DNA of 64,000 nt from the human T2T-CHM13v2.0 reference genome, Homo sapiens (GCF_009914755.1 NC_060928.1); one strand, 5' to 3'; counted from the first letter of the stretch, positions 23,492 through 38,817 are shown. A program made the numbers and translations. Notes: generated by a model not told the origin, from the sequence alone.

Positions 23492-25559
23492 TCACTGACA
23501 ACTGACTGAATCTTGCAAGTGGTCCTTCACCCTGCAGGGTTCCAGAAAGGTCTCAGACAGCTCCCTGTTAAGGAGTGCATTACAAGATCATTTTCTTTAA
23601 AAGCACTATTTTGGATAGGAAATCTTCTTGCCTACTAAGATTTTCTTTTGCTAAATCTCTTTATTCTGTATTCAAATGGAATTATTCTTGTGGAAACACA
23701 GAGTACAGCCCATAAATAAGGGATTTAGAAATACTTGGTCAAATTTCAAGGTGGGATTGATTACCTTGGTTTTCCACTCAGTGGATGCTTTCTGGTTACT
23801 TTGATGCCATAGAAACCTCAAAAATAGTAACATTTGGGAAAGGCTGGAATACTTATCCTGAGGAAAAATAAATGGTTTGACTATTGGGAACCAAACTCCT
23901 GTTGGTGTAGGACAGGGGAATTATGTTGTATAACGTAGTATCTCATGTCTCCAGCTATAAGAGGATTGTGGCCTGCTCAGGTTGCTATGGTTGTGACTAT
24001 GACAACTCTGGAAAACATGAGAGAGATGCCAAGAAGAGGGCGTGGTAATGGCCATGGGCACAAGAGAACAAATGTCCAAGAGTAGGGACTGCATAGGGTC
24101 CTTGGATTCCAGTGGTTGTCCTTGGATTCCAGTGGCAGGGAGTCAAAACCCTATTCAAAGATCTGACTTCTACATTCTATTATTTACATAGAAGCAAACC
24201 CTGAACTGCTAATAATTGATTCCTTTCATTCATCCATTCTGCTTTTTGTTATTTTGAGGAAGGAAATGAAGTAGAGGGAAGCAGCATAAGTACCTAGGGT
24301 ACTGCGGCTCTTGAGAACAGGCACTATTTAATTAAGCCAACTGTGAATTTGTGTGGGTGAAAGTAACAGCTGCTGATACTTAGGATATTTTTAAGTTGCA
24401 CCCAGTTGGGATACTCTCTATGTCTATATATGGTCCTTCATGCTAAAGGACCTTGTGGAGATGGGTGGGCTAAAAACACAGACTCTTTGAAACTACATCG
24501 TCATCTTTTCATCTCTGTCAGCACATCAGCAGCCTGCTCTCTGGGAAACTTCAGCAAGGTTAAATGTTAAACCATTCATATGACCTACTCAGCAATAACT
24601 CCTCCATCCCCCTACATTGTTGCTAGGCTTTTCTGAGATTCAAGGAGAGACTTATTTGTTTAGTTCCAATATACTTTCAAGCTGCCTAGTTACCATGTCT
24701 TGTGCACAACGTGCACTCCAGGCAAACAAACTTTTTCAGAGCACAGCAGATTGGAGCAACAAACAAGCCTAGCAAATTGAGCCCCCTGAGCCCATGTGCT
24801 ATCTGAAGCAAACCAAAACACAGCTGGCGGAGTTAATTTTAGACTTTCCAACCTTGGTAATGTCCTATCAATTTGGGATAAGCTGTTTTGAATAGGCTTG
24901 AAAAGGACCTTCCCTCCTTCTCCCCATGGCAGCTTACTGCTATGTGGTTTGAATTTAGTGGGAAAAACAGTTAATTGCGGGCAATGGTAAACTTGATGTA
25001 CCAAGAAATTCAATTCAACATTTATTGAGCAAGTACAAGGCCCATGCAAGAAACTTTTTATTTTGAGACAGGTTCTCACCCTGTCATCCAGGCTGTAGTG
25101 CAGTGACTGGATCGCGGCTCACGGCCACCTGGAACTTCTGAACTCAGGCACTCCTTCTGCCTTGGCTTCTCAAGTAGCTGGGACTACAGGTGCATGCCCA
25201 GCAATTTTTTGTTCTTGTGGAGATAGGGTTGCCCTATGTCGCCCAGGCTGTTTATAAGATCCTCCTGCCTTGGCCTCCTAAAATGCTGGGATGCGTGAGC
25301 CACTGTACCTGGCCAGTGAATCTTTCATAATTTTTGTCCTATGGACTAAGATCCTCAAAATTATACACAAAGTAGTACTTTCTAAAAAGTTTTGAAAGAC
25401 TGGCTTTTTGAAAACAAAAATCAATTTTTATGTTGTGGTGCTTCCAAACACCAAAAGGGAGTTGGCATGATGATTAGGAAAGTTGTTTTATCAAATTATG
25501 CTGTTTATAAATGTAACCAGAATTTAAATACAATACAAGGAGTATATACATGCTACTCA

Positions 25560-25766
<207 letters not shown>

Positions 25767-26303
25767 TTAACCAGGTGTGGTCATGCATACCTGTAATCCC
25801 AGCTACTCGGGAGGCTGAGGCAGGAGAATCACTTGAACCTGGAGGTGGAGGTTGCAGTGAGCCGAGATCGTGCCACTGCACTCCAGCCTGGGTGACAGAG
25901 TGAGTGAGACTCTGCTTGAAAAAATAAAAAAGACTTCATATACAACAAGGCCCTTTCTTTCATGACATTTACACATTTTCTAACTTTGCTTTTATTTGAT
26001 TACTTGTATTTCCCAATGACCTATAGGATTCAGATGGTAAACACTAGGGCCTTTTTTTTTTTTTTTTAACTCTCAGAGGCCCATAGTAGACACTCAATGA
26101 ATTCTTGTTGAGTAGATAAATGATTATAACCCAAAATCTAGCCATCCTATTGCATAAACCTCATATTCAAAAGAGTAACGAGCTTGAAGGGGAGGGTACT
26201 GGGTTAGGTTTGTGGTCAATAAAACATTCCTTCTTCCATTTTAAACATTAAATAATAAGCTCTGTGTTTGTTTTTTTGTTGTTGTTTTTGTTTGTTTGTT
26301 TGA

Positions 26304-26408
<105 letters not shown>

Positions 26409-26521
26409 TGAGTAGCTGGGATTACAGGCATGCACCACCACACCTGGCTGATTTTTTTGTATTTTTAGTAGAGACGGCGTTTCTCCATGTTGGTCAGGCT
26501 GGTCTTGAACTCCCGACCTCA

Positions 26522-26614
<93 letters not shown>

Positions 26615-26624
26615 TTAGCAATAA

Positions 26625-26897
<273 letters not shown>

Positions 26898-26929
26898 TAG
26901 GCTGGTCTCAAACTCCTGACCTCAGGTGA

Positions 26930-27190
<261 letters not shown>

Positions 27191-27674
27191 TAGTAGAGAT
27201 GGGGTTTTACCATGTTGGCCAGGCTGGTCTCCAACTCCTGACCTCAAGAGATCCGCCCGCCTCTGCCTCCTAAAGTGCTGGGATTACAAGTGTGTGCCAT
27301 TCTATTCTATTATTCAAATTAATCTGTCCTTGAGAAGCACTTAAAATTGTACATTGGCTAGTCTTTAATGAAGCAAGAAATAGAATTAAAATCTAAGGAG
27401 CACTGATAAGGGTCAGGTTGAATTGTTAGCTTTGTTAAGTGTGATTGTGTAGCATGCCAAAATACACTTAGAATATATTTATTCTTTTTTTTTTATTTTT
27501 TCATAGAGATGGGGGGTTTTACTATGTTGACTAGGCTGATCTCAAACTCCTGCTTTCAAGTAATCCTCCGATCTCGGCCTCCCAAAGTGCTGGGATTATA
27601 GGTGTGAGCCATGGCATCAGGCCTCAAATGAATATATATACATATACATACACACACACACACACATTTCCCTC

Positions 27675-28197
27675 TTTTTTTTTAATTTTACTTTAAGTTC
27701 TGGGATACATGTGCAGAAAGTGCAGGTTTGTTACACAGGTATACATGTGCCATGGTGGTTTGCTGTACCTATCAACCCCCATGGTGGTTTGCTGCACCTA
27801 TCAACCTGTCATCTAAGTTTTAAGCCCCACATGCATTAGATGTTTGTCCTAATGCTTTCCTTCCCCTTGCCCCCCACCCCCCGACAGGCCCTGATGTGTG
27901 ATGTTCCCCTCCCTGCGTCCATGTGTTCTCATTGTTCAACTCCCACTTGTGAGTGAGAACATGTGGTGTTTGCTTTCTGTTCCTGTGTTAGTTTGCTAAG
28001 AATTATGGTTTCCAGCTTCATCCATGTCCCTGCAAAGGACATGAACTAATTCTTTTTTATGGTTGCATAGTATTCCATGGTGTATATGTGCCACATTTTC
28101 TTTATCCAGTCTCTCGTTGATGGGCATTTGGGTTGGTTCCAAGTCTTCGCTATGGTAAATAGTGCTGCAATAAACAAACATGTGCATGTGTCTTTAT
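27675..28197 (-). mobile_element. 5'-truncated L1PA (mid-age primate) 3' end
   Basis: L1 3'UTR and ORF2 C-terminus ([19 protein letters not shown]-like) on the - strand; flanking TCAAATGAATAT at 27624-27635 and 28198-28209. Confidence 0.88.
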
Positions 28198-29337
28198 TCA
28201 AATGAATATTTAAAGAGCATATGCCCACTCATGTTCTGTTCTATTCTGTACATGTTACAGTATAATTTCAATTCTTTGAAAAGTTGGATAGAACAAAAAT
28301 TTTAATAATCTTGCTTCATAAACAAAAGGTTATTAGATTTTGGTCAGAAGAGATGATAATTATAAATATCTATTTGAATATAAACTCTCTTTGATTCTGA
28401 AATTCCCAATGTTTTTGATATGCTGAATAATTTTATATGACAGACATCATTTGATTTAAAGTCTAACCTGGAATCATATTGTATATTATTAACCTGACAC
28501 CTCCCTCACATTTAGGACCAGTATATTTACGTTTTATTGGATGTTAATTCCAGGCAACTCTCCTAGTGGTATGATAAAGAAATACTCAGAAGGTATTTTT
28601 GCAGATTCTTTCCTCTGCCAGTTTTCCCTTATTCAGTGTCACAGGATACATCTAAATTATGTCAGACCAAAACTAAGGCTACCTAAGCCAAATCAGGGAG
28701 CAGTTTGGAAATGTGTGCCAGTCATTTGAAGGATGCCCCTGGCAGGAGAGAACTTTAGAACTGGAAGATATTTTAGAGATCATGTAATGATAGAAGGCTC
28801 CCATTTTAAATGGGCTAAAACTGAGGCTATGACAGGTCAACTCACTCTTTCCAAAGATAATCAGTAATCTGGTAATGCAAGTCTTACTTTCAGAAGACCC
28901 TTACAAGAATCATACAGGGCTGGGCGTGGTGGCTCACGCCTGTAATTCCAGCATATTGGGAGGCCAAGGCAGGCAGATCACGAGGTCAGGAGTTTGAGAC
29001 CAGCCTGGCCAACATAGTAAAACCCCGTCTCTACTAAAAATTCAAAAATTAGCCAGGTGTGGTGGCACAGGCCTGTAATCCCAGCTACTTAGGAGGCTGA
29101 GGCAGAATTGTTTGAACCCAGGAGGCAGAAGTTGCAGTGAGCCTAGTCCAGAAGTTGCACCACTGGACTCCAGCCTGGGTGACAGAGTGAGACTCCGTCT
29201 CAAAAAAAAAAAAAAAAAAAAGAATTATACAGTAAGTCAGTACCATATCAATATTTGGAGCACAGGGTTTTATACCATAAATCTATTATTTTCATTCAGA
29301 TAAATCCTCCTCTTTCTTCTTTTTGGGGAATCTTTTA

Positions 29338-29490
29338 AAAATTTTTTAATTTAATTTGAAGTTCCAGGATACATGTGCAGGACGTGCAGGTTTGTTACAT
29401 AGGTAAACGTGTGTGCCATGGTGGTGTGCTGAACCTATCAACTTATCACCTAGGTATTAAGCTCTGCATGCATTAGCTATTTATCCTGAT
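29338..29490 (-). mobile_element. Very short L1PA 3' end
   Basis: gatacatgtgcaggacgtgcaggtttgttacataggtaaacgtgtg...; flanked by ggg/ggt-aatctttt. Confidence 0.8.
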
Positions 29491-29581
29491 CTGGTAATCT
29501 TTTGAGTCTGTAAGTTTTCTCATTCCAGTAACCTCTGCTGTTCCTGAGATAGTGCAAGATTCTAGTATTTTCTTCTATTAA

Positions 29582-29809
<228 letters not shown>

Positions 29810-29817
29810 TGACCTCA

Positions 29818-29925
<108 letters not shown>

Positions 29926-30533
29926 TTACCAACGTGCCAAATAATAGTGCATATATGCAGTATAATACATTTCATATCTGCACCTACTTCAAAGTGTATT
30001 CTGCCCTTTGGGATAAGCCAAAGGTGAGCTAATATCTGCACATGATTTGTTTTGCTCAGATTCTCTTTGAAAACTTGTAGATTTGATGGGTGTTGTGAGT
30101 AAAGAAGACGGACATCTCTTCGATACCCGTATTTCCCTCCTAAATTGGTAATGCTGTGGTGACATATTCAAGGTATGTGAAGGATTCTTAAACAGAATAT
30201 AAAGGCTTGCCCTGGGCCCCATAACCCTGTGAGAATAAAAGTCCCTTTGTAAGTGGGTCTGAATAGCTTCTAGCTTCTAGGATGTTCTGTGCATTAGAAT
30301 GCTTACAAGCTTTGGCCCCCTAAGTGGTTACACCGATGACCACCCTATCATGCTGGGTTCCGTGGTGAACTGAGAGATGCCATTACCTTTCACCGCCCTT
30401 GGCCGGACACTCACGGTGGGCCTAACTCCGGTGGTAATTCCATCCCTCACTGCGGGACCTTGACATCCCCGAGCTGAAGCCCACTTCCTCCCTGACCTCT
30501 GGAGCCCAGCTGAGCGGCTCCGAGAGCTCTGCC

Positions 30534-30619
30534 ATGACTCCTAACCGGGTGGACAGGGGGGCCGGGCAGCCGCGGCGCACACGCTGGGCGTCGTCCCTAG
30601 CAGCAGAGGAGACCAGAAG
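30534..30619 (+). CDS. Candidate alternative upstream coding first exon of MOB1B (MTPNRVDRGAGQPRRTRWASSLAAEETR + 2 nt)
   Basis: gccATGa start, 86 nt without a stop, ends AAG|GTGAGA, phase 2 like canonical exon 1. Confidence 0.35.
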
Positions 30620-30668
30620 GTGAGAGACCCCATGCCGCAGCCGGAGGGCCGGGGTGGGCTTGCACCGC

Positions 30669-30678
30669 TATCGCGAGA
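30669..30678. promoter_or_regulatory. CGCG element / BANP-type motif TATCGCGAGA
   Basis: Exact match to TMTCGCGAGA about 120 bp upstream of the estimated TSS. Confidence 0.6.
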
Positions 30679-30784
30679 GCTCGTGAGGTGGGGGCGGCGG
30701 GGAGCTGGGGAGGGGCTCGCGGAGAGCCTGCCCCGCCTCCCTTTCCTTCCCCTCCCCTGGAGTGATTCAAGACGAGCGCTACCC

Positions 30785-30811
30785 ACTTCCGCCCCCTCCG
30801 CCTGCCATTGG
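30785..30811. promoter_or_regulatory. ETS (ACTTCCG) + Sp/KLF GC box + GCCATTGG (YY1-like core / reverse CCAAT) cluster
   Basis: acttccgccccctccgcctgccattgg read directly. Confidence 0.5.
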
Positions 30812-30974
30812 AACTAGCTGAGCCGAACTAGTTGCGGCCACCGAGCAGCCGGCTCTCGGCACCTCCTCCTCCGCCTCCCTGTCTCCTGTTCCATTCGCCT
30901 TTCCTCTTCTTTCCTGGCCCACGCCGCTCCGAGGCCTCGCGACCGCCGAGCCTGCAGCCTGCCCCGCGGCCAAC
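30790..30974 (+). other. MOB1B: Approximate 5' UTR of MOB1B exon 1 (pyrimidine/GC-rich, no upstream ATG)
   Basis: ATG-free GC-rich stretch between the ETS/GC-box cluster and the start codon; TSS position is an estimate. Confidence 0.55.
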
Positions 30975-30988
30975 ATGAGCTTCTTGTT
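30975..30988 (+). CDS. MOB1B: MOB kinase activator 1B, coding part of exon 1 (M-S-F-L-F, split codon, phase-2 intron follows)
   Basis: gccaacATGAGCTTCTTGTT|GTGAGT inside a CpG island: good Kozak context, consensus donor, and the MSFLF N-terminus typical of MOB1A/MOB1B. The codons (TTC TTG) and the long following intron fit MOB1B as recalled. Exon 2 is not seen in the window. Confidence 0.85.
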
Positions 30989-32407
30989 GTGAGTAGCCAG
31001 GCCCCGCACGCGCCGGCTTTGTTCGGGTGGACCTGGGCCCCCGCCCGCCGCCCGCCGCCCGTCGCCCGCCCTCGTCCCGACCCTCCTGGCCCAGCGCTCC
31101 CGGGGCCCGGCGTCACCACCAAGCGGGGCCCCGGGACTGCGCGGAGCGCTCGGACTACCTAACCGCCGCCTCCCCATAGGGCTTCGAGTACTCGTGGGCT
31201 CCTGCAGCCCTGAGGAGGTTCTTCCCCCCCGGCACACCCCGGGGCCAGCGCCTGGATTCCTTCATCACCCCCGTCTCTGCCTTCGCTCGCATTCCCGGGC
31301 TTGTTTGTGCGCTTCTCGTGGGTATCTCCCACTCGCCTGCACAATCCGTATCCAAGCGGTGCTCGGTTGAATGGCTCCGTCGCGGCTGCCCATTGCTCTT
31401 TTCTGGGTCCCAAGCACAGAAGATAAGACTGTCGTACTTTCCCCTGTCATCCCAGGACCCTTTTAACTTCCTCTCTCGTCTTAGGGCTGGGAAGTTGGGA
31501 TGACAAGTTCTGTAGATGTAACACTGAAACAAGGCTACTTGCGGGTCGGGATCCCTTGGACACAGACGGGGGTCCCTGAGAAAGGGGTCTGGAGCCGCCC
31601 CCTTGCTTCCTAGAGGCGCCCTTCCTCCCAGAGGACTTCCCTGAAGAGGATGAGTTTTATCTTTTTAGACAACCAGCAAATAGGTTTTGGATAGTGTGCC
31701 CTGCCTAGGTTGATTAGGTCCACTGGGGAGTTGTTTTGAAAATCATTTGTAAATGCCAACTTTGGCGTCATGTTTAGTGCTGGTCATTATTTCACTTACT
31801 TATCGTTTGTTCCAGACGAGTGGAGGGGAACGTGGAGGGGGAAGGGCAGAAGGATGGGATGGCCAGATGTGGATATGGAGGCAGTAGATAAGCCTCAGGT
31901 CCTCTGAAAACAGGGGTTACAGCCTGAGGAATAACTCCTTTGAAGGCTTCGTTGTGATGCACTCATTCCATGTTTAGTCTGTGTTTAGAAAACTAATAAA
32001 AAACTTAGAAGTTGAAACTCACCCATATACTGTTTTACTGTTGTGGAGAAATTAGCATTTAAAGGATATTTTCTTAAGATTTCTCTTCTTTCCTTGCCTA
32101 ATAATTTTTAGTCATTACATTGACGTCTGAATACTGAGAATTTAATTCACTCTTATTTTCACATGCTCACATCTAGAATTTTTTTTTTTAGGGTGTTTAA
32201 GCAAAACTGAACAAGGCTGACCTAGGGGCAGACTTGATATTTCCAATATGCATAGGGGACCTGGCTTGTGTCAACTTGCCTAAAACCTTTAAACGGAAAG
32301 GGATTTCTTAGGCTCCTCCTAGAAGTTGATTCTGAGTTTGTCGGATTGGCATAGGGCTAGATGACAGGACTGGGTGATTTTATAAAAAAGTCCTTGTTTC
32401 TTATTTT

Positions 32408-32438
<31 letters not shown>

Positions 32439-32981
32439 GAGACGGAGTCTCCGCTCTGTCACCAGGCTGGAGTGTGTAGTGGCGTGATCTCGGCTCACTG
32501 CAACCTCTGCCTCCCGGGTTCAAGCGATTCTCCTGCCTCAGCCTCCTGAGTAGCTGGGACTACAGGCCCGCGCCACCACGCCTGGCTAATTTTTGTATTT
32601 TTAATAGAGATGGGGGTTTCACCATGTTGGCCAGGCTGGTCTCGAACTCCTGATTTCAAGTGATCTGCCTGCCTTGATCTCCCAAAGTGCTGGGATTACA
32701 GACGTGAGCCCACCGTGCCTGGGCAGTTTCTTGTTTTAGTTCTAATCACCATATTCAGGTATCTCAACTTGAAGCTTCTCATCTTGAGCTTAATTTTACA
32801 TTGCTAATGTTTGATTGTTTTCAAGAATTTAGAAGCTGTATTCAAAATAGCACTGTAGATGATATCCATGACTACTGCTGATGGGCTTGTGTCTAGTAAG
32901 CTAAATTGGTTAAAGCAAGGCCAGTCGCGGTGGCTCACGCCTGTAATCCCAGCACTTTGGGAGGCCAAGACAGGCAGATCA

Positions 32982-33218
<237 letters not shown>

Positions 33219-36200
33219 TTAAAGCAGGGAAGAGCCATATTTGGCTGAAACTAGGGGATGGAGAAGTTTCTGATGCTATTTTTTGAATACAAATACAGTA
33301 GAATCCCATTTTTACATGGCTCAGTATTTAATAGATTCAGATTTGTGGTGGATTAGTTTGTTTCTCCTGAAGGTTAGTAACTACAAAAGAAATCTTGCTG
33401 TAACTAATGTATATAGAACTTTAGAGCATTTGCACTATTTGGGGCACAATTTTTCAGTTAGGTTATATCTATCTAGTAGTTGATATATTCTCAACATATT
33501 TAGCCCATGTGCTTGACAATCAGAAAAGTTAATTCAACATTTTCAGTTTTGGTCTTTGTCTACCGTCAATTAAAAATCCAAAGTGAACACCACATGGAAA
33601 TGATTATTATTGGAAGTGAAAGAACAAAGCTTTGGTTATTTCTTCTATTTGTTATTTGGTATAACTGTCTGAATACTGTTTCTTTTTTTTTTTTTGGAGA
33701 CAGGATCTCACTCTGTCGACCAGGATGGAGTGCAGTGGCATGACCACAGCTAACTGTAGCTTTGACTTCCCAGGCTCAGGTGATCCTTTCATCTCAAACC
33801 CCCTCCCCGCTACAAGTAGCTGGTACTACAGGTATGCTCCACTATGCCTAGCTAATTTTTTTTTTTTCGGTAGAGTCAGGGTTTTGCCATGTTGCCCAGG
33901 CTGGTCTCCTGGGCTCAAACAATCCACTCATCTTTGCCTTCCAAGATGCTGAGGTTACAGGTGTGAGCCATTACACCTGGCTATCTGAATACTATTTCTG
34001 TACCAACAGATGAGCAGAGAAGGAAAGCGTTACAGCTTAGGAGTTAAATACAAATATTTTCCTCCCGTTCTTGGAAGCTTACTGGGAAGCCTACGATCAG
34101 TGGATGGAGCAGAGGAAATAAGGGCAATGCAAGATGGGGCTGCAAAGGTGGTGACTCATGACTCTTGAGGGCTCTAAGATAGAAGGAAAGAACTACTACT
34201 GATTTTTAAAAGATGCACTGTGGGCCGGGCACAGTGGCTCCTGCTTGTAATTCCAACACTTTGGGAGGCTGAGGTGAGTGGATCACTTGACCCCAGAGTT
34301 CCACACCAACCTGGACAACATGGCGAAACTCTCTTTCTACCCCTAAAAATACAAAAATTAGCCAGGTGTGGTGGTGTGAGCCTGTAGTCCCAGCTACTCT
34401 GGGGGCTGAGGTGGAAGGGTCATCTGAGCCTGAGGAAATTAAATACTTCAAGGCTGTGGTGAGATGTAATCATGCCACTGCACTCTAGCCTGGCTGATAG
34501 AGAGTGAGACTCTGTCTTAAAAAAAAAAGGCCGGTCGCGGGGCATAATGGCTCAGGCCTGTAATCCCAGCACTTTGGGAGGCCGAGGTGGGTGGATCACT
34601 TGAAGTCAGGAGTTTGAGACCAGCCTGATCAAGAAATGAAACCCCATGTCTACTAAAAATAAAAAAAATTAGCTGGGCGTGGTGGCGGATGCCTATAATC
34701 CCAGTTACATGGGAGACTGAGTAGGAGAATCACTTGAATCCGGGAGACAGAGGTTGCAGTGGGCCAAGATTGTGCCACTGCACTCCAGCCTGGACGACAG
34801 AGTGAGACCGTCTCAAAAAAAGAAAAAAAATCACTGTGCCTGGCACTGATGTGGATGTTGGGCACCATTTGTGACAAGAGAGAAAAAAATCCCTGCATTG
34901 GTGGGGCTTATGTTCTGGTAAGTGTCCGTAAATACTGAACATCAATAAATCATGTAGTATGGCGGAAGGTTGTAAGTGCCATGGAACAAAGGAGAGCAGG
35001 GTATAGAGATTTTTGGATAGGGAGTTGAGACAGATTAGGATAATCCCCAGAGTGGGTTCCCAGATCATCTGCAGGAATGATACCTTTGTGTAGCTTTTGT
35101 ATAAATGCTCAGGATAAATTTGCACTGCATATGTGGGTTTGGCTGGGACAGAGCTTTGGTTGTGCCGCAGTTTGGCCTCTGTGTATCTTCAGATTAAGCT
35201 AAACTCTCATGGTAGATACGGAAACTTCACAGGGACCTCATTTAATTTTGTGGACTCAAATCTTTTAAACACATCCTTAGCACCTGCTGTGTGCCAGGCG
35301 TAGAGGAAGATAAGAGATTCCAGAGATGGTGGATGGTATATCGTCATCTATGATAGATGCAATACAATCATGGGGGCCCAAAGTATGTGTAGCAATTTGT
35401 TCTACTTAGGCTTTAGGAAAGTTTCATGAAAGAAGTGGGTGATAATTAATGGAAGGTGAACAAGAGCTCTCTAAGAAGACAAGGGGAAATGGGAGAGTAC
35501 AGTCAGAGGAAACATCTTTGAGTCAAGAAATTGCCTGTGAATTGTTCACTTCCACGTTTGTGCAAGAGGCTGTAGAATTTTGGAGCTAGCAGGGGTCTAT
35601 TAGTAACATGGCCTACTTACTTCTTTTTGCTAAAGGGGCAAAATCACCAACTTGAGGTTGGTGGCCCAATTATTGGCCTGGGGACAGTTGGAACTCAGGT
35701 CTCCTGACGTAGGTGTTTTTCCTTCCTGACATTTTGTGCATATAAAAGGCAGGGAAATTGAGGATAAAAGTGAGTTCTAAGTAATCATTCAAAAAGTATA
35801 TTTCATGTTCTCTTAAGTTTCTAGCATTTTTAAATTATGGGTCTCTTTTGACTAATGGAATTCTGAAAAAAAAAAATTTGACTTGGAAAAGACCAAAGTG
35901 TAATTTCCTAATGTAAGGCTACTTATTTGGAACGTAGTTAAAACAAGTACATTTAATTTAACTTTTTCTTGTTAAGAGACAGGGTCACCGAGGACGGTGG
36001 TGGCTCATGCCTATAACCCCAGCACTTTGGGAGACTGAGGGGGTGGAACCTTGAGCCCAGGAGTTTGAGAACAGCCTGGGTAACATGGCAGAACCCCCAT
36101 CTCTACCAAAAAACATTAGCCAGGTGTGGTGGCGCTCAGCTGCTTAGGAGGCTGAAGTGGGTGGATTGCTTGAACCCAGGAGGCAGAAATTGCAGTGAGC

Positions 36201-36436
36201 CAAGATTGCACCACTGCACTCCAGCCTGGGTGACAGAGTGAGACTCTGTCTTAAAAAATAATTTAAAAAGAGACTGGGTGTTACTGTGTTGCCCGGGCTG
36301 TCCTCAAACTTCTAGGCTCAAGCAGTCCTCCCACCTCAACCTCCAGAGTAGCTGGGATTATAGGTGCATGCTACCACGCCTGGCTACAGTTAACTTATAA
36401 ATGAAAGTCTGTAGGAAAGGTGGTTTGGGAATGTGA

Positions 36437-36673
<237 letters not shown>

Positions 36674-36995
36674 TAGTCAGGATGGTTTCAATCTCCTGAC
36701 CTCGTGATCCGCCTGCCTCGGCCTCCCAAAGTGCTGGGATTACAGGCATGAGCCACTGTGCCCGGCCCTCTTTTTTTTTTTTTTTTAAATGTCAACAATG
36801 AAAGCTGAACTAGGTGTATTTCTGTATAGGAAGAAACAGATGGATTGGGAAAAGAAGGAAGAAAGGAAGGAAATACTTACTGAGCACTGTGCTACATACC
36901 TTCCATTTGTCATTCTTAAGATTAGCAATTTAGGCCGGGCACGGTGGCTCATGCCTGTAATCCCAGTAGTTTGGGAGGCTGAGGCGGGTGGATCA

Positions 36996-37276
<281 letters not shown>

Positions 37277-37287
37277 TCAGGAGTTCA

Positions 37288-37665
<378 letters not shown>

Positions 37666-38370
37666 GTCTCTCTGTCCCTCACTTCCCCCCAAGCCCCCAA
37701 AGCCAGCATTTTGTTTTCAGGCAAATGATTTAACTGATTTTAATGCTTCAGCAGCCTCACCTTTAAAAAAAGTTAATAATTTATAAGAATAATCAAATAG
37801 GCCAGGTGTGGTAGCTCATGCCTGTAATCCCAGCACGTTGGGAGGCTGAGGCAGAAGGATGGCTTGAGCCAATTTGAGTTATAGTGAGCTATGCTTGTGC
37901 CAGTACACTCTAGCCTGGGCAACTGAGCAAGACCCTGCCTCTAAAAAGAAAACATTAAAAAAAAATAACAATAATAGTTCAATGAGTGTTTACTATGTGC
38001 CAGGGACAAAGTGTTTTAAATAGTTCAGTAATTAGCAGGAATCCTATTTTATACATAAGGAAACTAGCACAGAGAGGTTACATAATTTTATCAAAATCAT
38101 GTGGCCAGTAAATAGTGTAGCTGGAATTTGAGTCCTGGAAGTCTAGGTCCAGAGATCCTGTCTTATACTTCTTTTTTTTTTTTGAGACGGAGTCTTGCTC
38201 TGCCACCCAGGCTGGAGTGCAGTGGCTCAATCTTGGTTCACTGCAACTTCCACCTCATGGGTTCAAGCAGTTCTCCCTGCCTCAGCCTCCTGAGTAGCTG
38301 GGATTACAGGTGCCCTTCACCATTACAGGTGTCCTCCACCATGCCTGGCTAATTTTTATATATTTAGTAG

Positions 38371-38607
<237 letters not shown>

Positions 38608-38817
38608 TAGCTGGGACTACAGGCGTGTGCCACCATGCCCAGCTAATTTTTGTGTTTTTAGTAGAGATGGGGTTTTGCCGTGTTGGCCAGGCTGGTCTCG
38701 AACTCCTGGCCTCAAGCAATCTGCCTGCCTCGGCCTCCCAAAGCGCTGGGATTATAGGTGCTAGCCATTGCGCCCAGCTGATCCTGCCTTATACTATCAT
38801 CTATAATTAACAAAATT

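Larger units (their letters stand above)
30500..31420. promoter_or_regulatory. CpG island / TATA-less promoter of MOB1B
   Basis: Sharp rise in GC and CpG density versus CpG-depleted flanks; GC boxes (GGGGCGG ~30691, CCCCGCC ~30731, CCGCCCC 30789). Confidence 0.9.

Noticed and set aside
30975-30988. Assignment as MOB1A or a MOB1 processed pseudogene
   Set aside because: An intron follows, so it is not processed. Recalled MOB1A codons differ (TTC CTC) and no exon 2 appears within 33 kb, which favours MOB1B
30779-31532. Antisense ORFs of 102-152 aa across the CpG island
   Set aside because: Low-complexity R/G/P/A-rich frames expected from stop-codon scarcity in GC-rich DNA; no recognisable domain
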